Assembly: GCF_018977255.1 (NCBI RefSeq)
Contig: NW_024704743.1
Span: forward strand, 74,650,001 to 74,714,000
Length of the DNA: 64,000 nucleotides
Reading direction: 5' to 3'
Source of the DNA: Callorhinchus milii
Taxonomy: Eukaryota
In this document: piece by piece, positions 52,101 to 63,900 of the stretch
Layout: every line of letters begins with the position of its first letter
How positions within the stretch are numbered: position 1 is the first letter of the stretch
Translations under genes and position numbers: made by a program
Notes under the pieces: model-generated
Told to the model about the DNA's origin: nothing
Database searches by the model: none
The model's input: only the letters and a program-made list of their open reading frames with translations

Positions 52101-52405
52101 TCAAACGGATATATTAATGGGGAGTTCTGTAACAATATAATAATAATCTTTGCATTTGACATAGCAATTTATCACAACATCAAGATGTCTTAAAGTGCTT
52201 GATAGTATTTTGTGCACAGCAATAGCGACTGAGGTAGATTTGGGAAGATTCAAGATGCAGAAGTCAGATTCAAAAAAGATGCTAGAAAGATTGACAAAGG
52301 TTCAACAAAGTTGTCAGAGGATTCTATCGATTGGTTTTCTCTTAAACACATTGATTGTTAGGTAATTTTCCGTTTCTACCTTCTTTGTATACTTCTGCAA
52401 TTGGA

Positions 52406-52825
52406 TGTTAGTTCATTCAAGCAATAAACACAGTCACGCAGTTCAATCACTAAGAGTACATTTATTCAACTAACTAGGACCAGTCAGTTCAGTCTGGTAC
52501 AGAGTTAGGGTCGTAGCTTCACCAAGCTGACGACCCCGTTGTGGGATTCAACAATGGCATTTATACAAGTATGGGGAGGATCCTTCTCCTCCAATTGTTA
52601 GATTTGGTCATAGGTGACAATGTGGTCGAGACATAGGATGTGTATTGGGCAACTATCCATTGTCTCATACTCCAAGGCTGCGGTTAGTCTGCGCATATAT
52701 CTGTTGAGTCGTAACTGGTTCCATGCAGTTGAGCTGTACGTTTCTAAAATCAGATAACACAGCCTGCCAAGCTTCTCATTGCAGGGTTTACTAAAGGTTA
52801 TAACTTTGTGCCTTTTTATCCATCA
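52406..52825 (-). repeat. ERV 3' LTR (~420 bp), preceded by a polypurine tract at 52826-52837
   Basis: Minus strand: AAAAGGAGGGAA then TG...; CCAAT (~52644-52648), TATAAA (~52560-52565), AATAAA (52461-52466); candidate terminal CA at 52406-52407. The end is uncertain because no second LTR is available for comparison. Confidence 0.75.
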
Positions 52826-52960
52826 TTCCCTCCTTTTATAATCTTGATTAACATTGCCATGTGCCGGTAGAGTCCCCAATTTATTTTCTCGGATGCCTCT
52901 TGTTGCCTTGTGACAATTTAAAGATGCATCGTCATAGATGGGATCAATTGTACCTTGCTT

Positions 52961-53324
52961 TCATGGGTCAGAATAATAATCCTCCATATCATCATCGTCT
53001 TCCAGATTATCGTCTGACACCACCGCCATCGTAAGTGATGGTGTTACCCCCACACACTTAGTGACGCACACTTTAATAAGGTGAATAAGGACACAAATCC
53101 CCAGTAATAATACCAGAAACACAACCCCTGATTTGAGAACCCAGGCTCCCCATCCTTCAAATAAGGACGCCCACGAATTAGATATTCCACTTGGTTCACA
53201 CCCAACACCCTGTCACATTTGACGCCTTTGCTGCCTTATGTGCAGCTAAGAGATATGTATTCCTCCCCAGACTTGTTACCAGTCCAAACCATAGTCCAAA
53301 ACTGAGAATCCGTAGCCATGCCAT
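52961..53324 (-). pseudogene. env: ERV env remnant with large internal deletion
   Basis: Own translation: MAWLRILSFGLWFGLVTSLGRNTYLLAAHKAAKASNVTGCWV(C) (signal peptide plus CxxC), fused out of frame at ~53197 to EPSGISNSWASLFEGWGAWVLKSGVVFLVLLLGICVLIHLIKVCVTKC... (membrane-proximal region, TM helix, acidic tail). Confidence 0.82.
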
Positions 53325-53339
53325 CTTGCTAGTTGCTCC

Positions 53340-56300
53340 TTACAGTGGTGATGTCTTCTTGCAGTGGCTAACGTGGACCCAGGTGTTTCATTCTGCAATC
53401 CGTACTGCTGTTGGTGTGGTTAGTAGCACCTGATATGGTCCTGTCCACTTTGGTTGTTGCCAATGCTTCCTTTTGATGTCTTTAATCAGTGTCCAATCTC
53501 CTGGCTGCAGTAGGCGTGGCTCGGTGTTCTCATTCAGTTCCTGGGGAGGTAATACGTTTCTCATAGTCATTTTATTCTGAAACATTTTTTTCATGTATCC
53601 TGCAAGTCCGGCCTCCTCCAATTCTGTACGTTCTCCCAGCTGAGGCATATAATATGCTCTACCCATAACAATTTCATACGGGGAGAGTTTTTTGCTCCCA
53701 GGTGTAATTCTCATACTTGTCAGTGCTAACGGTAGACATGCCACCCAACCCTTCCCTGTGGTTTCCATGGCTTTCTTCAGCTTATTTTTAAGTGTCCCGT
53801 TATGTCTTTCTACCATTCCTGCAGACTCTGGATGGTAGGCACAGTGGTTCTTTAAGGTTATCCCCAAGTGGATCCCCACATTTCTTAGGACCTCATTCTT
53901 AAATTCCGGCCCATTATCACTGTATAATATTCGCGGGATACCCCATCTTGGTATTATTTCTCTGCATAATATCTTTGCCACTGTTACTGCATCCACATGG
54001 GTGGTGGGGAAAGCTTCTACCCAACCCGAGAAAGGACATACCATTACTAGGCAATATTTCTTTCCTTCGCATACGTTCAGATGGATGAAATCCATCATCC
54101 AATGAGAGAAGGGTTCTTTTGCCAATGGAATCTTGCCTTGTTTACATTTTAGTTGTCCTTGTGGGTTATTGCGTAAACATGTTATACATTGTTGACAAAA
54201 TTTTTGTAAATAAGTGGTTAGTCCGAATGTCGTATATTGTTGGTCTATCATTGTCCTCATCCCTCCTTTTGAGACATGGCATTTGCCATGGCTCAATCCT
54301 GCTGCAATGGGAAACAATGATCGTGGTAAAACTGGCAGTCCAGTGTTTCCAACCCATATGCCGAATGTGTTTAGTTTGCATCCCATGTTTTTCCATCCTC
54401 GCTTCTCAAGGGTGCCTGCCTCTGATTGCATTGCTTTAATCAATGCCATGTCAATCGAGGGTGGTGTTTGTGACGCGAATATTTCTGCAAGGGGCACTGC
54501 CTGGGCAGTTTTATCCGCAAAAGCATTTCCCCTTGACACCAGGTCTTTCGCAGAGGTGTGGGCAACACACTTAAGTATCGCTAATTGTTTTGGGAGTTGT
54601 AATGCATCAATTAGGTTCAATATTAAATCAGCATGGGAAATTGGTTTACCTGTGGAGGTAACCATACCCCGGTTTCGCCACTGTCCGGCAAATATGTGGC
54701 AAGTAGAATGGGCATATTGTGAGTCTGTATAGATGTTAATAATTTTTCCCTTCCCCAGTACACAAGCTCGAGTAAGCGCCACAAGTTCAGCCATTTGTGC
54801 CGAATATCCTGTTGGGAGTCTGGCTGCTTCTATTACCGTGTCCTGAGTGCATACAGCGTAGCTACTTTGGGAACGGCCCACCATGTCCTTTTTGCATGAA
54901 CCGTCCACAAAGTATGTCACATCTGCATTCTCAAACCTTGTGTCCGCCAAATCTACTCGCGCCGCTACTGACTGTGAGGTCTTTTCTAAACAGTCGTGAG
55001 GGCTACCCTCGGAAGGTACTGGCAGCAAGGTTGCCGGATTCAACACTGTGCATCGTTCAATGGTTAAATTTGGGCAGGTCAGCAATGTGGCCATACAGGA
55101 TAGCTGGCGTGCTGGCGATAGGAAGGCATGTTTAGTTTGAAGCAATAATACCGAAACTGCATGTGGAACCAACAACTTCAATGGTTGGTACAGGACCAGG
55201 GGCAATGATGCGCGAACAGCCAGAGCTGCTGCTTCTACTGCTTGTAAGCAGCAAGGAAGGCCTCGAGCCACCGGATCCAGTCGGTGTGAGTAATAAGCCA
55301 CGGGTCGCATCCGCGTTCCAAATGGTTGTAATAGGACAGATGCCATAAACCCATTTTTAACGCAAACAGTTTGAGTATATGGCCTTGCAGGGTCAGGATG
55401 CGCCAGGGTTTCTGCCCCAGATAAAATGGTTTTTATAATTTCAAATGCCTTTATGGCCTCTGGATTCCATTCAATTGCATCCTGTGCCTTCATAGGGGCA
55501 TCATAAATCAGCCCTAACAAGGGCTGAGTTAGCTCCGCATGTGAAGAGATCCATGCACGGCAGAAGTTAGTCATTCCCAAAAATGACATCATCTGTTGTT
55601 TAGTTTCGGGTCGCGGAGCTTGCATTATTGCAAGCTTTCTGTCTTTTAATAAGGATTTTCCTTCCCTAGAAATTGCATGGCCCAGATATTTGACCTCGGG
55701 TAAACAATATTGCAACTTTTTTCGGCTCACTTTATGTCCCCATTCTCCCCAAAATTTTAAGCAGGCCAGAGAATCTTGGCGGCAAATTTCGTCGGATGGG
55801 GAACATATAAGTATGTCATCTACATACAACAAAACTTGACTGCCACCCGGGGGCTCAAATTTTGCCAGATTACTTTCCATACATTGTGAGAATATGGCCG
55901 GGGATTCAACAAATCCCTGTGGACATCTGGTGTACGTATATTTCCTTCCCAAAAATGTGAAGGCAAACCAAAATTGGGAGGCCTTGTCAACCGGAATAGA
56001 AAAAAACGCATTTGCTAAATCAATTACTGTAAACCAAGCTGTATCAGGTCGCAAATTGTTCAGCAAGGTATTGGGGTCGGGTACAACTGGGGTCCGGGGA
56101 ATCACTGCCTTATTTACAGCCTGTAAATCCTGAACCAATCGCCACCCTTGTGATGGCGCTACCTTTTTTACTGGGAACAGGGGGGTGTTACATGGAGAGT
56201 CAGGGCAATCCACTATGATGCCCTTCTCCTTAAGTTCCTTAATTATGGGTTCAATTCCTTCAATGGCCTCTGGTTTCATAGGATACTGCCGTTGGTATGG

Positions 56301-56435
56301 GCGGTGTGTTCCTTTTGGTATGATTTTAATAGGTTCAATCCCTTTTATTAGTCCTACGTCAGCTGATCCTTTGGACCATAGAGCATCAGGCAGAGCATTC
56401 AACTCCGCCTCCTGTTCTATTTCCACTCCTAACAG
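53340..56435 (-). CDS. pol: ERV Pol (RT, RNase H, integrase); one premature TGA at 53388-53390 near the C-terminus
   Basis: PCNTPLFPVKK, WRLVQDL, IDLANAFFSIP, PQGF, YVDD (55815-55826); RNase H FVDGS/SAQMAEL/YTDSQY/GNAFAD; integrase H-H-C-C, MDFI, SDNG, VERHN, WTGPY. The frame continues past the TGA as NTWVHVSHCKKTSPL* ending at 53340. Confidence 0.95.
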
Positions 56436-57792
56436 TCAGGGAACCATCTTCCCTGAGTGCATCTTCCTAACTCTTTCACATTGATACACCCAATTCAAAC
56501 ATTGTGAGTAGAGACCTGTCCTCGGGGAATACCATATCCCTGCATCCTGAGTCTCTTCCCAATCCTGTGCTTTTATCCCACAATCTACCAGGTTACCCAC
56601 TTGTTGCCATGACTTTTTGCATCTCTTTGCAATTGATACATGGGGGTTCCCTTCTCCCTGGTATAGCTGATCATCTAACGGTTGGAGTAAAACTTTCCCT
56701 CCCATATCAGTTGCATTCCAATATATACATTGAATCGTTAATCGTGTGGAACTTCCCAATTTGAAATGTCTCTCATATGGCAACGAACTTCCCCCTTTTT
56801 CACGGTACCACATGGTACAGTGCAGATCCTCAGGCAGGTGGAAGTCACTTTGTTCCATGACCCGCTGGTGTGCCAATCTAAGCAGTTCCTGTTGGAATTG
56901 TCCTGGCCCTTCCTTTAACTGTAGGGCATAATAGTATTGTGGTTCCCCCCTTTCTTGGATAATTAGGGTATCTTCAATTTTTTTTTTGTACGTAACCTTA
57001 ACTGCTTCCCATCGGTCGTCACCCATAGGTATCACTCCTAACTTGAGTTTAGTTAACACATCTCTCCCTAGTAAATTAACCGGGCATGTCATTGATATAA
57101 CCACTTGTGCTTCTACAGTCTCTTTATTCTTGTAACAGAATTCAAGAGGTTCCGTGACGCATTGTGTTTCTAAGTCTCCGGACGCTGACCGAATATCAAT
57201 TTTTTCCTGACTCTTTTTATAAGGAAAAGTTGCGTCTCTCATCGTAATAACCGTTCTACATGCTCCTGAATCGCATAAAAACGGTATGTCAATTCCATTC
57301 ACTCTTAATGTCAACCAAGCACTCCCAGGAGACTGTATTAACGCCAATATACGTTCAGTCTCCTCTCTCTCCTCCTCTCCTTCTTCTTCGGGCTTTTGGG
57401 ACTTCCACCGGTTTGGACAATCCCTTGCCCAGTGTCCCATTTTCCCACAAACATAACATTCTCCCCCATTATTGTTCTTTTGCTTCCTTTTTCTATTCTG
57501 CCATGGTTGTTTATTAACTTCTTGTGATATAAATCCCTCATTATGCCTATTATTCCTCTTCTCTTCCCTTGTTATTCGTTCGAAATGGATGGCATGATCT
57601 AATACTGGCTGGAGTGCCCCTATACTCCATGTTATTAGATGTTGTTTTACCAATTTTGAAATATGGGGCACCATTCCCGCCAGAAATGCATTCTTAATTT
57701 GTTGTGCCCAAACTCCAGTATCATCATGTGGATGTGGTGGTTCGATTCCACTATTGGAATTAGACTCCCTAATTTTGGACTCACCAACAAGT
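56436..57792 (-). CDS. gag-pro: ERV Gag C-terminus (capsid end, nucleocapsid), aspartic protease and 2H phosphoesterase-like domain in one frame
   Basis: CYVCGKMGHWARDC (57417-57458); FLCDSGACRT (DSG 57264-57272) and NLLGRD; LHCTM (56814-56822) and PHVSI (56634-56642). The first ~35 aa of the track ORF are antisense SINE sequence and are excluded. Confidence 0.88.
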
Positions 57793-57965
57793 GAGTTCTG
57801 TAGCTCAGTGGTTAGAGCACTCGCCTTGCAAGTGAGACACCTGGGTTCAATTCCAGGCAGAGAGCGAAACCTTGGGTAAGTTTCCTTACTCCACACGCCT
57901 AATAATAATCACTCCAAAATAAATAAATAAATAGGTCATTTTCAATCCACGACTGTGTGTGGGAG
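57793..57965 (+). mobile_element. 3'-truncated SINE at the junction between the ERV and duplication copy 2
   Basis: Head intact; the sequence stops at GACTGTGTGTGGGA and joins the GA/CA repeat. Confidence 0.85.
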
Positions 57966-60900
57966 CTACAGAGACACACAGATAGAGAGAGAAAGATACA
58001 GGGACACGGAGAGAGAGAGACACACAGAGACACAGAGAGAGAGAGATACAAAGACACGGAGAGAGAGTGTTACAGAGACACAGAGAGAGAGAGATACAGA
58101 GACAGAGACACACACAGACAGACAAATACGGAGATACACACACACAAAGAAAGACACATATCTCGAACCGCTTTGAGACAACCTCCTGACATGAAAGACA
58201 CTTTATAAATGTAAAACAAGAACAACAAGATTACATTTGTATAAAAAACTTGTTGTTGGAGATAAAGATTACTGCGAGATGGATAATTTACTCCTATTTT
58301 CTCTGGAAATCAGGTGCATCTCTTAAACCAAACAACTAGTGAAAAGTGAGAGTAATTTTTTGCAATAAACTTTTGTTAACAAAAGTATATTTTCTACCTT
58401 TTTTATCTCACACTGATCACTTCTCTGCTGACATAAGGCGACTTATTTGTTTTTTTCTATGGTTCCTCTTTGATTGAGATGGAATTTCCCCACAAGTTCT
58501 CAAGGCTAAGGCCATGAGATACCTTGGGCCAATGCAGGGTGGGGGGGAGAGGGGTTGTGAGGAAAACATGCCCTGATATAGCCACAAAAAACGTCCAATA
58601 TCACCAAGAGCATTGAAGCAAGTTTAGGAATAGTTCAATGACACTAATTTGATGGGTAGACTCAAATGTTTGCCACAACTAGCGCAGAGTCAAGGGGAAG
58701 AGCTGTGATCTATGGAGAACACCCTTACAGCAGCAGAACAGATGGTGGGAAATAGTTTCTACATTTTGAGGCAACAAACGGTCCAGACATTTGTCGCCTC
58801 TGACTCTGGGAAGCTTATTAGATTGCGTACGTACCCATCAGAGGCCAGAGTGCTACCCACTGAGCTAGGCTGACACCTCAGATGTCAGATGATAATAATA
58901 ATAATAATAATCCTTGCATTTGATATAGTGCCTTATTACATTCTTGAGACGTCTTCACAGAATATACTGTAATGTAAATTAACTGTGTATTTTGTGGGAG
59001 AAATGCAACAGCCAATTGCACACAGCAGTGTTCCAAAATATTACATGACCAATACAAACAGTCATGTATTGAGGGACTAAATTATTACGTTTTTTGAATG
59101 ATTATTACCACCGGAAACGCTATTCATGAATCGACTAACAACAGGTTCCTACTTACTATTAGGTAAACAGAGGAGTGTGAAGTAAGGAAACTTGCCTAAG
59201 ATTTCACTGTTCTGGATATAAACCTTCATGGTATCAGGGGCGAACTTTGCTTTCAGTGAATCAGGAAACAATATCGTATAGCAGTAAGAACTGTCAAATC
59301 CCATAGTACTGTCAAATTTCATGTGTGTCAGCCTGGCTCAGTTGGTAGCCCTCTTCTTTGAGTCAGAAGGTTGTGGGTTCAAGCCCCACATCAGGAATTG
59401 AACTCATAGTCTTGTGTGACACTCCAATTCAGGTTCAGGGTGGAGGTGCCTGCTACAGATGAGATGTTAAACTGAGGCCCTGTCTGCCAAATGTTAAACA
59501 TCCAATGGCACTTTCCGTAAAGAGAAGGGACTTTCTCCCAGTGTCCTGGCCAACAAAGCCCCTGATAAAATTGGTAATTCACTTCATGACTGTTTGTGGG
59601 ACTTTGTCTGTGCAAATTGGCCACAGTGATTGCCAATAAAACATACACAGTTACTCCACTTTACAGTATGCCCTGTGAAGCACTTTGGGATGTCCTCCGA
59701 ACGTGAAAGGTGCTGTATCAAATGTAAGGATAATTTTTATTGTAGTGAGATACTGGGATATTAAAGGCATTCAAGAGTCTTGTGAAAGGAAGCGGGGGCG
59801 GGTGGGTGGGTATTGGGAGTAAAAGATCTGTCAGGATCTAATAAACTGGTGGAGAACAGGCTTGATGGGATAAATGGCCTATTCCTTCTTTCCTAAGTTT
59901 CTTTGAGTTAAAGGCTTGAAAGATCGGACAAAAACACAGGTAAAATGTTGGTAGTAAAACAGCTATCACAGGCCTCTGAGAATCAGAATTTCTTTCACAA
60001 TTTTTCCAGTATTTTTTATTGGAATGCATACACAATCCCACAGTTTAAATCCTAATTGCTAGAAGTGGCCTTTGGTTCACAAGTGAACTATTTTCAATCT
60101 CAGGGCGATGAGATTATGTTATGAATTTTAAAACTCCTTAATTTTGTATAGAATTAAAAGTTTGTTTCTTTTGTCATGTACTTCCCATTTCTGATGCAAA
60201 TGCATTTCTCCTCGCTCTTCTGGTTTTTATACTGAGAATTCAAAACAAAAGAGTTGCTCATCGTTTCCCTACAAAAAGTGTAGTGGCAAAATGTGCTGAC
60301 CCATCGAAAGACAAAAAGCCTTGATATTTCAATATTCTAAGGCTTCTGCAAATTCCAGTATCACAAGAAGGAACGAGGCTTGTGAAGCCTCCGTATGTAC
60401 ATTACACAAATAATAATTTATTTCTTGAACTAGCATTGGATTTTGCATTATTATTTTGTAGAACAAATCGCTGCTTTCCATTCTCAACTGCTAATGCTTG
60501 TTGTGCAAGGGTGACTTCTGCAGAGCGCAGGGATGACGACTGCACTGCCTACTGAGGATTATTATAACTATGACAATTACAATTACAATTACAGTTACTC
60601 CGATGAAGACTTTGTTGTTCTCTGTGAAAATTACGATAGCAACATGTTTGGAGCCACATTGACGGTCACTTTGTACAGCTTGATCTTCATTTTAAGCGTG
60701 GTTGGAAACAGTTTGGTTTTGTGGATCATGTTGAGGTACGAGAAGCTGAAAACCATAACGGACATATTCATTGTGAATCTGGCCATTTCGGATTTGCTTT
60801 TTGCCGCCTCGCTCCCGTTTTGGGCAAAGGATCACGTCTCTGGATGGGTCTTTGGGAACGCCATGTGCAAATTACTGAGCGGTGTTTTCTTCGTTGGCTA

Positions 60901-63900
60901 TTACAGCGGGATCATGTTTCTGACACTGATGACGGCTGATCGATACTTTGCTGTGGTCCACGCTGTTTACGCTGCAAGGAGTAGAAAAACCTGCTACGCA
61001 GTCACAGCAAGCCTGGTCGTTTGGGCAATTAGTTTATCAGCCTCAGTGCCTGAATTCATTTACTCCACTGAAATTACATGGGATCAAACAAAGTTTTGTA
61101 TGGCTAACTATCCAGAAGATAGTGAACACATCTGGTTGTTGTTCGGGTATTACCAGCAAATTATATTGTTCTTCTTAATTCCATTAGTTGTCATTGTGTA
61201 TTGCTATTATAAAATCATGAACACTGTGCTGAGGTGTAAAGCAAGGAAGAAGTACAAAGCAGTGAAGGTGATCTTGTGTATTGTGGTGATTTTCTTCCTG
61301 TGTTGGGCACCATACAATATGGTGATTTTCCTGGTCTCTCTGAAACAACTTAATGTGTCGCCATTCACAACCTGTGAGATGAGCAAACACATCGACTACG
61401 CGTATTTCATCAGTCGTAACCTCGCTTATTTCCACTGCTGTCTCAACCCCGTGTTTTACGCTTTTGTGGGTACAAATTTCAGAATACATCTAAACAAATT
61501 ATTAAGGAATCTGTTTCCTTGTATGAGGACTCAAAACCTGTGGATTTACAAAGTCAGGAGTCTCAACAGGAGTAGTTCTCATGAGTACTCTGAAGCTTTT
61601 GTGATGAACACAAGCATCTTGTAATTATTAGATAAACCAGAGTGTAGTCACAATCTCAGTGGAACCAAAATTATAACTTTAACCATAAAGACTATTATAT
61701 CTTAATACAGTCAAACCTTTCAAGTAACCACCTCCATTCGACAACCTGTTAACAACCAGTCCTGACAGCTGTTCCCTCACCAATGAACCCTTACTCAGAG
61801 GCACTTTGGCCCAATCCCCTGAGTGATTGCTGAGACAGGTTTGACTATATAGAGGACGCATCGAAAAGTCTTATGGAAAGTTTTTCAACACAGTGTCAAC
61901 TTGGAAGCCGCTTCCTTTAAAGAATAGCGTAAAACTGGCTTTGAAATTTAGATTGCAATAAGGGATTTTCCACAATTTAGTGTGATCCTGAAACGTATGT
62001 TGATCTTGCATGTTAAGATGTAATGATCTTCAAGGTGTAAGCTGGTAGGAATTTTGTGCCACTGCCTGCTGCAATGATGCTTCGGAGTGATGCTTATAAA
62101 AGGATCAGGGTAAAGTGGGACATGGCTTCATTGCTCGAGCTTGCAATGCCCATGTGTTGCTGGCAGACAGAACAGATTCTCCCATTCCATTCAGTTCCTG
62201 ATCCAAATGCAACATTTTTCTGAGAGCAACCAAACAGAGATCAGACACCTCCTTTCTGGGAATGTCTCGGTTGGTATTAAAGTATTTTTTGTTGCAACTG
62301 ACTGGGAAGGTTCCTGAACTTGTGGAGATCTTATTGTAAAAAGTATTCCTATGGGAATGGTTAGCTAGCTTATTTTGCACTATCGGGCTCAGAATCTTCT
62401 TGCGGAGGATTCAAAAAGAAATAGAACTGGATAGCAGAAGCGAGTGTTAACCGCAAGTCTTCAGACGTCTGGCGTCAGATTATTTCATTTGTAAGACTAT
62501 GGTTTTGAAATTTAAGATTGTGGGGAATTTTGCAAAGCAGTCTCAATTCCAATCTTGATTTGTTTTCTGCAAATATTTTTGAAGCTTACAGCCAAGTAGA
62601 ATTTGGGGTTTCTGATTTTCAAAAAGGCATAATGATAACAAGGCTCCTTCTTTAAAGTAAGACACTTTTATGTATAAGTAAGACAGATTATGTACCTCTT
62701 TGCCTCATAAGCAAAGCACTCCAAGACACTACCCCAGTGAAGGGTGCTATTATAAATGGAAGTTGTTGTTGTTGTTGTCAAGTGCACCTTTCTCAATATG
62801 TGCAACCATTCCTTGATGTAAATGGACATTTCTTTCTGTATTAAAAAATCTGCAGTACTGCAGAAAGTCAAGGTTAAGCTTGCAAATAACAATGGATGTG
62901 TGATGAACCATGATACAGTTAACCAGTGTCACAAGATTTCAGTGTAGCCAGCAATATTGCAATAAACTGTTATAGTTCACAATCTTGCGTTTGATTTGTT
63001 TCATGGATATAAATACAGTTTAACATTTATATAGAATCTTTCACATAAAATAAATATCTTGAAGCGTTTTACGGAAGTAATTCATATGATGTGAAGTCGG
63101 AAATGCGGCAGCTTATCAATGTCAGCAACCGTCTTACATACAACCATGAGGTGAATATCCTATTGATTCAAAGTTCCAGGGTGAATGTGGATGAGGAAGG
63201 AATATAATAATAATCCTTGCATTTGATCTAGCCTATCATCAAAATGTCTCAAAGCATTTTACAGGATTTGCTGTAAAAATACTGTGCATTTTGGTAGGCA
63301 AACACAGAGCCAATTTGTGCACAGCAATGTCACACAATTTATCTGGGGACTGTTGGCCAGGACACCGGGAGAAATACCCTTTCTTCTCAAATAGTGCCAT
63401 GGGATCTTTAACATCCACCTGAACAGGCAGTTGAGGACTTGGATTAACTTCTTATCCAAAGGACAGCACCTCTGACAATGCAGCAAACCTCCAGCACTGT
63501 ATTGGAGTACCAGCCTAGCCTGTGAGTTCAAAGTCCCAACATGGGACTTGGGTCCACAACCTTCTGACTCAGAAGTGAGAGTGCTAACAACTGAGTCAGG
63601 CTGACTTCTACAACCAAATAACCTATAATTGCAGATTCATCACAATGATATATGCTTACAGAAGATCGATACAATTTGTTTAGATGAAATCCATCTGATC
63701 TCATTCTTCATCCTTCCAAGCTACCCTACTGCCTTCCTATCACTACATCAAGTTGTTTCTTATATGAGTCCAATGTCCTGAACTCAGACAACCTGCTTAT
63801 TACTCTTTATTGCTCTTATTATTACTCTTTGCGTAAAGAGATATTTCCTGTGTCTGTCTTGAAATGCTGCTTTCCAACGTTAAATTTATGTCCCTTTGTT

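Larger units (their letters stand above)
52406..57792 (-). mobile_element. Endogenous retrovirus, class I (gamma/epsilon-like), 5'-truncated: gag(3')-pro-2H-pol-env(deleted)-3'LTR
   Basis: Zinc knuckle, DSG protease, YVDD RT, RNase H, HHCC/DDE integrase in retroviral order, followed by env remnants, polypurine tract and LTR. Confidence 0.95.

Noticed and set aside
57793..57896. Start of the 486-aa ORF as a real Gag N-terminus
   Set aside because: Antisense SINE sequence that happens to be open in frame; true 5' gag is missing.
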